64,000 nt of DNA, taken from the NCBI GenBank assembly GCA_036676495.1, contig JAKFCT010000028.1, forward strand, positions 138,832-202,831, read 5' to 3'. Position 1 is the stretch's first letter. Every line of letters begins with the position of its first letter. Source of the DNA: Candidatus Sericytochromatia bacterium (GTDB lineage Bacteria > Cyanobacteriota > Sericytochromatia > S15B-MN24 > UBA4093). Of this stretch, positions 58,116 through 64,000 are shown in pieces. The notes under the pieces are model-generated. The model had not been told where the DNA came from. It did no database searches and was given only the letters and a program-made list of their open reading frames with translations. The translations under genes were made by a program, and so were the position numbers.

Positions 58116-58356
58116 GGGCAGATTCTCCTTCTCTGGCGGACGGATTTCGGACGAGGCATGCCGCGATCCGATCCAGTCTAGCGCGCCTCCCACCCCCAGG
58201 ACAAACCGCGAACGGGAGCGTTGCGGGTATGATCGAAGCCAGACGTCCCCGACGCCCGACGGACGTCCAAGCCCCCGACCCGACCGCGGAGATCCCGAGG
58301 GCGGAAGGGCATCGAAAGGAGACCCCCATGCACCGGTTCAAGAGGCATCCCTGACC

Positions 58357-59523
58357 GTGGAGGCCCAACCGAGCGTCCCAGCCTCCTCCCAGGTTCCCCT
58401 CAAGGACGTGGCCCTGCTCTTCCTGAAGCTGGGGACGATCGCGTTCGGAGGGCCGGCCGCGCATATCGCCATGCTGGAAGACGAGGTCGTTCGCCGGAGG
58501 CAATGGGTATCCCGGGAGAAGTTCCTGGACATGCTGGGCGCCGCCAACCTCGTTCCCGGCCCGAACTCGACCGAGCTCGCCATCCACATCGGGCGGCATG
58601 TTGCGGGATGGCGCGGGCTCCTGGTCGCCGGCGCCTGCTTCATCCTTCCCGCCATGCTGATCGTGGGGGCGCTGGCATGGGGCTACGTGACGTACGGGAG
58701 CCTTCCCCAGATCGGCGGCTTCCTCTACGGCATCAAGCCCGTGATCATCGCCGTGGTGCTCCAGGCCCTCTGGGGCCTGAGCCGTACGGCCCTCAAGACC
58801 AAGAGCTTGGCGGCACTGGCCTGCGGAATCGCCCTCCTGTCGCTTCTCGGCGTGAACGAGCTGCTGCTGCTCTTCCTGGCGGGCTTGGGCTGGGGAATCC
58901 GGCGAGCGTTCGTGGAGCGAAAGGGCTCGACGACACTGCTCGGGATCGGCGTCCTTCCGCTGGCGGGGCTGACTCCCGTCTCGGCTGGTAGCGTCCCCTT
59001 CGGGCTCTGGCCCATGTTCTGGTTCTTCCTGAAGGTCGGCTCGGTCCTCTACGGAAGCGGCTACGTGCTCCTGGCCTTCCTCAATCAAGGACTGGTCGAG
59101 CGCATGGGATGGATCAGCTCCGCGCAGTTGCTGGACGCCGTCGCCATCGGGCAGGTCACCCCGGGCCCGGTCTTCACCACCGCCACGTTCATCGGCTACC
59201 TGCTCGGGGGACCGTGGGGGGCCCTCGTGGCCACCGTGGGCATCTTCGTCCCCGCGTTCTTCTTCGTGGCGGTGAGCGGGCCGATGATCCCACGGATCCG
59301 GAAATCCCCCGTGGCCGGCGCGGTGCTCGACGGGGTCAACGTCGCCTCCCTGGGCCTGATGGCGGCCGTGACGCTGCAGCTGGCCCGCTCGGCCGTCATG
59401 GATGCGTTCACGCTGGGGCTTGCCTTGCTGAGCGCGGGGCTGCTCATGCGCTTTCGCCTGAACTCCGCATGGCTGGTGCTGGGGGGCGCGCTGCTGGGCT
59501 TGCTGGCGTTGTCCTGGCGGTAA
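58357..59523 (+). CDS. chrA: Chromate efflux transporter
   Basis: FLKLG..AFGGP, PGPNSTE, GSGY, TPGP; start uncertain. Confidence 0.92.
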   Translation: MEAQPSVPASSQVPLKDVALLFLKLGTIAFGGPAAHIAMLEDEVVRRRQWVSREKFLDMLGAANLVPGPNSTELAIHIGRHVAGWRGLLVAGACFILPAMLIVGALAWGYVTYGSLPQIGGFLYGIKPVIIAVVLQALWGLSRTALKTKSLAALACGIALLSLLGVNELLLLFLAGLGWGIRRAFVERKGSTTLLGIGVLPLAGLTPVSAGSVPFGLWPMFWFFLKVGSVLYGSGYVLLAFLNQGLVERMGWISSAQLLDAVAIGQVTPGPVFTTATFIGYLLGGPWGALVATVGIFVPAFFFVAVSGPMIPRIRKSPVAGAVLDGVNVASLGLMAAVTLQLARSAVMDAFTLGLALLSAGLLMRFRLNSAWLVLGGALLGLLALSWR

Positions 59524-59557
59524 CCCCGCCCCTCCCCGCTCTCCGTAGTTTTCCGCT

Positions 59558-59613
59558 ATTGCGAAGCTTTCTCATTTATTGTATGCTCGCCATCAATGAG
59601 AATTATTCTCATT
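59558..59613 (+). promoter_or_regulatory. Sigma70 promoter with two Fur boxes
   Basis: TTGCGA-N17-TATGCT; perfect 9-1-9 AATGAGAAT-T-ATTCTCATT at 59595-59613; weaker box at 59558-59576. Confidence 0.85.
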
Positions 59614-59729
59614 TATAAACGTAAGAGACTCGGGATGTCGATTCCCTGGCCGCCCCTCGCTCGATGGGACAGGAAACCGCCCCTGCATCCGCTCTCGAAA
59701 CCTCGCATTGCCCCCGAAAGGACCCCTCC

Positions 59730-61868
59730 GTGCTCCGAAAGACTCCCCTTGCCCTGTCCCTCGGCGTCACCTTCAGCCTGACCGCTCAAGCCGCCCTGGC
59801 CCAGTCGATCGCGCCGAAAGCGCCCGCGATGCTCCCCGAGGTCTTCACCACCGGCCAGCGGGACGCCGAAACCACCCGCAAGAACAGCGAGACGCAAACC
59901 CTCGTCATCGACGAGAAGCAGATCGAGGCCTACGACGACGCCACCGTCGGCGACGTCCTGCGCCGTCTTCCCGGCATGACCTACAGCGGACCCGCCGGCG
60001 TGGCCTCCACGATCCGCATGCGCGGCATGGGAGCGGGCTACACCCAGATCCTCATCAACGGCGAGCCCGTCCCCACCGCTTCGGCTTCCCGGCAGATGAG
60101 CGTCGACCGCATCCCCGCCCACATGATCGAGCGCATCGAGATCGTCCGGAACCCTTCGGCCGAGATGGAATCCGCCGGCATCAGCGGCACCGTCAACATC
60201 GTGCTCAAGGAAAACGCCGAGCCCCTCACGCGGCTGGGAGTCGCCTACGGCAAGAACGGCGTCATGGACGTCGGCAACGCCAAGATCCAGCTCAACCGCC
60301 AGTTCGGAAATCTCGAAACCCTCCTCGGCCTCTCCCACACCCGGGCCGCCGAGGACATCACCGATGAATCGCTGACCTACGCGCTCGACGGTTCCGTCTC
60401 GCAGCGCGTCACCGCTCCCCGGACCGTCGCCAAGTCCGAGACCCTGCTCACCCCCCGATTCTCCCTGAAGCTCGGAGAGGGTCGCCTGATCCTCGATCCC
60501 TTCGCCACCCTCGGCACCGAAACCCGCCACACCACCTCCGAAACCGTCAACGCCGCCGGAAGCGTCACCGGAACCAGCGAGACCAACGAGTTCCGCAACG
60601 ACCAGATCGCTCGCCTGTCCGGACGCTACGAGGGAGAGACCACTTGGGGCACGTGGTACGCCAAACTCGGCCTCCAGCAGGGCCGCTACGGCAGCGACCA
60701 GACCGTCAACTCCACCAGCGCGGCCGGGGCCGTCACCTCCACCCAGGTGGCCGACAGCATCCGGGAGGACCAGAACTACGTCGGGACCGGCCTGGCCCTG
60801 CCCATGGGCGGCCACACCCTGAAAGCCGGCCTGGAGTACCGCGACACCGGCTTCAACACCGACCGGGTGGCCGCCGCCTCCACGACCTACGGTATCCAGG
60901 AGCGCCGCACCGTCGCCTACCTGATGGACGAATGGCGCCTCGGCGACGCGCACTGGCTCACTCCGGGCCTCCGCCTCGAAAACTTCGACCGCACGGCCGG
61001 AGGGGGCTCAGCCGCATCCGCGAACGCCAGCTACCTGATCCCCAACCCGTCCCTGCACTACCGCTGGGCCATGACGCCTTCCACCAACGTTCGCGCCAGC
61101 TACGCCCAGACGCTGCGCAACCCCAGCTTCACCGAGCTCAGCCCGCTCGTGACCCTGGCCACTCGGGCCAATGCCGGCTCCGAGATCAACCCTGACACGG
61201 GCGGCACCCCGGGCCTGCGGCCCGAGCGCGCCACCGGCTTCGAGCTGGGCCTCGAGCAGTTCCTCCTCGGCGACCACGGCGTCGTCGGGTTCAACCTCTA
61301 TCACCGCGACATCCAGGACTTCATCGAAAGCCGCATCGGGCAGGAGGGCGCGCGCTTCGTCCAGCGTCCCCGAAACGTCGGCCAGGCCCGCATCTACGGC
61401 GCCGAACTCGACCTACGCCTGCCGATCCTGCGCCAGGGCGACAACCGCGTGACCCTCACGGGCAGCCACGCCGAGATGCGCGGCGAGATCCTGAGCTCCG
61501 GGGGTCCCCTGGACATCGTCGACCTCGCGCCCCGCGTCTCGACCCTCGGGCTCGACTACGGCCATGCGTCCACGGGCTGGAGCGGCGGCTTCACCTTCAA
61601 CCACTGGCCCCGCTTCGTCGCCGAGACCCGGACCGCCGACGGGGCGCGTCAGGATAGCTTGCGCCGCGAGAACTCCCAGCTCGATCTGTACGTGGGCAAG
61701 GCCCTCGGCCCCTCCACGGAGATCCGGCTTCTGGCCAAGAACCTTCTCTCGGTCATCGGAGGAGGCGGCCGGACCACCTACACGGCCGACGGCAGCCTCA
61801 GCGCGCGCAGCGAGAAGCTCGAGTACTCCCGCCCGACCTTCCTGCTCACCATCGATACGATGTTCTAG
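59730..61868 (+). CDS. TonB-dependent receptor
   Basis: Signal peptide; TonB box EVFTT; plug D.LRRLPG, IERIEI.R; C-terminal F. Confidence 0.92.
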   Translation: MLRKTPLALSLGVTFSLTAQAALAQSIAPKAPAMLPEVFTTGQRDAETTRKNSETQTLVIDEKQIEAYDDATVGDVLRRLPGMTYSGPAGVASTIRMRGMGAGYTQILINGEPVPTASASRQMSVDRIPAHMIERIEIVRNPSAEMESAGISGTVNIVLKENAEPLTRLGVAYGKNGVMDVGNAKIQLNRQFGNLETLLGLSHTRAAEDITDESLTYALDGSVSQRVTAPRTVAKSETLLTPRFSLKLGEGRLILDPFATLGTETRHTTSETVNAAGSVTGTSETNEFRNDQIARLSGRYEGETTWGTWYAKLGLQQGRYGSDQTVNSTSAAGAVTSTQVADSIREDQNYVGTGLALPMGGHTLKAGLEYRDTGFNTDRVAAASTTYGIQERRTVAYLMDEWRLGDAHWLTPGLRLENFDRTAGGGSAASANASYLIPNPSLHYRWAMTPSTNVRASYAQTLRNPSFTELSPLVTLATRANAGSEINPDTGGTPGLRPERATGFELGLEQFLLGDHGVVGFNLYHRDIQDFIESRIGQEGARFVQRPRNVGQARIYGAELDLRLPILRQGDNRVTLTGSHAEMRGEILSSGGPLDIVDLAPRVSTLGLDYGHASTGWSGGFTFNHWPRFVAETRTADGARQDSLRRENSQLDLYVGKALGPSTEIRLLAKNLLSVIGGGGRTTYTADGSLSARSEKLEYSRPTFLLTIDTMF

Positions 61869-61878
61869 GCCGGCACGC

Positions 61879-62607
61879 ATGCAACCGAAACGCCCCCCCC
61901 AGAAACATCCCGGCCGCTTGGCCATGACCGAGCTCCCGAACGGCGCCTGGCTCGCGGCCGTCATGGCCGTCCATGGCCTCGTTCTGGGGGGGATCGCGTT
62001 CGGCTCGACCAAGCCTCCCGAGCCCATCAAACCACCCGCCATCGTGGGCATGGTGATCCCCCCGGCCCCCGCCGCGGCTCCTCCCGCTCCCCGAGCCGAG
62101 GATCCCAAGCCGAAGCCCAAGCCGCGTCGAGCCCCGAAGCCCCGTCCACCGGCCCCTCCGGCGCCACCCTCCGAGCGCGCGATCTTGGCCGAAAAATCCG
62201 CACCCGCCGAGCCCGACCTCCTACCGGTGGCCCACCAGGTCGTCGCCGAGGCCGCCTCCGACCCTCCCGAGGTCTCGGATGCCGCGCCGTCCCTTCGCCC
62301 GGAAGGCGCCGACGGCCCGCCCATCACCCTGCCCCGGCAGGAGGCGTCGCACCTTTCCAACCCGGCGCCGCGTTACCCCAGCCTCTCGCGCCGCTTCGGC
62401 GAGCAGGGTCGCGTGCTGCTCGACGTCTACATCCTGCCGGACGGCACGGTTGGCGAGATCAGGCTCAACACCTCGAGCGGGTTCGCCCGCCTCGACGAGG
62501 CCGCCCTCGCGGCCGTGCGGCACTGGCGCTTCGTGCCCGCTCGACGCGGCGACGAAGCCATCCCTTACTGGTACGTCCAACCCATCACGTTCTCGCTCGA
62601 TCGCTGA
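61879..62607 (+). CDS. tonB: Energy transducer TonB
   Basis: TM with His; Pro/Lys-rich linker; P.YP..SRR.GEQG.V, SSG..RLD.AA. Confidence 0.9.
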   Translation: MQPKRPPQKHPGRLAMTELPNGAWLAAVMAVHGLVLGGIAFGSTKPPEPIKPPAIVGMVIPPAPAAAPPAPRAEDPKPKPKPRRAPKPRPPAPPAPPSERAILAEKSAPAEPDLLPVAHQVVAEAASDPPEVSDAAPSLRPEGADGPPITLPRQEASHLSNPAPRYPSLSRRFGEQGRVLLDVYILPDGTVGEIRLNTSSGFARLDEAALAAVRHWRFVPARRGDEAIPYWYVQPITFSLDR

Positions 62608-62640
62608 GGCGATCGCATTCGAGTGAAAGGCCGATTCGAG

Positions 62641-63366
62641 ATGCCTCATAACCCCTACGGAATCGCCGCAGTCTGGAGCCAGGGAGATCTGGTGATCAAG
62701 GGCGTGGCGATCCTGCTGCTGATGATGTCCGTCGCCTCCTGGTACCTGATCGCCACCCGGGCCTGGCGCAACCTGAAACTCCGGCGCGCCGCCAAGCGGG
62801 CCAGCGAATTCTGGCACTCGCGCAGCTTCGCCGAAGGCATGGCCGCCATCGACGTAGGAGGCTCCTTCAACCCGTTCCACCACCTGGCCCTCGAAGGCCA
62901 AGCGGCCGCAACCCACCACGCCCAGAACAAAGACGACCTCCACGGCCAGCTCACGCTCGCCGAATGGCTCACCGAGAGCCTGCGCGGCGCCATCGACGAC
63001 TGCTCCGAGCGCATGAACTCAGGCCTCTACATCCTGGCCTCGGTCGCCTCCACCGCCCCCTTCGTCGGCCTCTTCGGGACGGTCTGGGGCATCTACCACG
63101 CGCTGGTCAGCATCGGCGCCTCCGGCCAAGCCGGCATCGACAAGGTCGCCGGCCCTGTCGGCGAGGCCCTGATCATGACCGCCTTCGGCCTGGTCGTCGC
63201 CATCCCCGCGGTCCTCGGCTACAACACCTTGACCCGCAGCAACAAGACCCTGATCGGCAAGCTTCACCGCTTCGCCCGGCAGCTCCATGCCTACTTCCTC
63301 ACCGGATCCCCGGTCGACGCCAAGTCGATGGAGTTGGTGGGAGCCTCGAGCCGGGAGGGACGCTAG
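62641..63366 (+). CDS. exbB: ExbB proton channel
   Basis: TAPFVGLFGTVWGI, EALIMTA.GL.VAIPA. Confidence 0.93.
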   Translation: MPHNPYGIAAVWSQGDLVIKGVAILLLMMSVASWYLIATRAWRNLKLRRAAKRASEFWHSRSFAEGMAAIDVGGSFNPFHHLALEGQAAATHHAQNKDDLHGQLTLAEWLTESLRGAIDDCSERMNSGLYILASVASTAPFVGLFGTVWGIYHALVSIGASGQAGIDKVAGPVGEALIMTAFGLVVAIPAVLGYNTLTRSNKTLIGKLHRFARQLHAYFLTGSPVDAKSMELVGASSREGR

Positions 63367-63368
63367 CC

Positions 63369-63782
63369 ATGGCGTTCGGCGGAGGGCTCGAAGAGCACGA
63401 CGAGGTGGTCAGCGAGATCAACATGACCCCCCTCGTGGACGTCATGCTGGTCCTGCTGATCATCTTCATCATCACCATGCCGGTCCTGACCCACTCGGTA
63501 ACCCTGGACCTGCCGCGCGCCCAGAGCGAGGCCACGACCCTGAAGCCCGAGACGGTCACGCTCGCGGTCACGACCTCCGGAGACGTCCATTGGAACGGCG
63601 AGAAGCTCGACCCTTCCGGCCTGGAAGCGCGCCTTCGCGCGGCGGCGGCCCAGCAGCCCCAGCCCGAGGTACAGATCCGGGGCGACCGCAAGGTCGACTA
63701 CGAGCACGTGATCGCGGTGATGGCTGCCGCCCAGCAGGCAGGGATCCTGAAGCTGGGCTTCGTGACCGAACCGGGGAACTGA
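63369..63782 (+). CDS. exbD: ExbD
   Basis: EINMTPLVDVMLVLLIIF. Confidence 0.95.
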   Translation: MAFGGGLEEHDEVVSEINMTPLVDVMLVLLIIFIITMPVLTHSVTLDLPRAQSEATTLKPETVTLAVTTSGDVHWNGEKLDPSGLEARLRAAAAQQPQPEVQIRGDRKVDYEHVIAVMAAAQQAGILKLGFVTEPGN

Positions 63783-63869
63783 ACGGCGTATCGAAGGCTC
63801 GCCGGGGGCAGGAGCTGTTCATCTCGCAATGGCGCGCGTAACGCTGAGGGAAGGCCATCCCTGCCAAAA

Positions 63870-63899
63870 GCCCGCCGGTTGCTTAAGCAACCGGCGGGC
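63870..63899. terminator. Bidirectional terminator
   Basis: Palindrome GCCCGCCGGTTGCTTAAGCAACCGGCGGGC preceded by AAAA. Confidence 0.75.
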
Positions 63900-63944
63900 G
63901 GGGCTGTGTGAGGTCAAACGTCCGTTAGGGACCTGGGTTTCGGC

Positions 63945-64000
63945 TTAGAAGCCGATGGAGCGAATGACCATGTTATCGGTGTCCGCGATATAGAGCGTCC
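63945..64000 (-). CDS. C-terminal fragment of an NHL-repeat protein
   Basis: TLYIADTDNMVIRSIGF*. Confidence 0.65.
   Translation of the reverse strand, partial: TLYIADTDNMVIRSIGF

Noticed and set aside
59620-59729. Cobalamin riboswitch before the TonB receptor
   Set aside because: Only a GCCCCCG fragment; no B12 box; Fur boxes explain the regulation.
1-64000. Frequent GCGATCGC (cyanobacterial HIP1)
   Set aside because: Mostly in-frame Ala-Ile-Ala codons in a high-GC genome; enrichment cannot be claimed without a Markov-model count.

Overview
This is a GC-rich (roughly two-thirds G+C, judged by eye), gene-dense chromosomal segment of a diderm bacterium. I saw no rRNA, tRNA, CRISPR array, transposase or phage genes. 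Content: a partial histidine kinase with a cNMP-binding protein; assorted metabolic genes (MsrA, ACT-malic enzyme, MatB-like ligase, methionine gamma-lyase-like enzyme); a CzcCBA-type efflux operon ending in a P-II-like gene; two tandem DEAD-box helicases; a redox cluster (pntA1A2B, PFOR, plant/cyanobacterial-type FNR, ferredoxin, hemerythrin); an MdtABC-like RND pump; a K+/H+ antiporter; CopCD; ChrA; and a Fur-boxed TonB receptor-tonB-exbBD operon. The lineage may be a non-photosynthetic relative of Cyanobacteria, but that is weak inference. The most unusual signals are non-coding or very small: (1) a dispersed family of YTAG-anchored hairpin elements with compensatory base changes that often supply or abut TAG stop codons; (2) a switch-like leader ahead of the helicase pair; (3) a leaderless ORF with an N-terminal hydrophobic segment and C-terminal RSPP/RDPP, resembling a ribosome-arrest peptide, upstream of the antiporter; (4) a shared operator-like motif before the pnt and FNR-PFOR operons; (5) an orphan multi-stem RNA candidate at 3228-3348. 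All calls are by motif recognition only; no searches were run.
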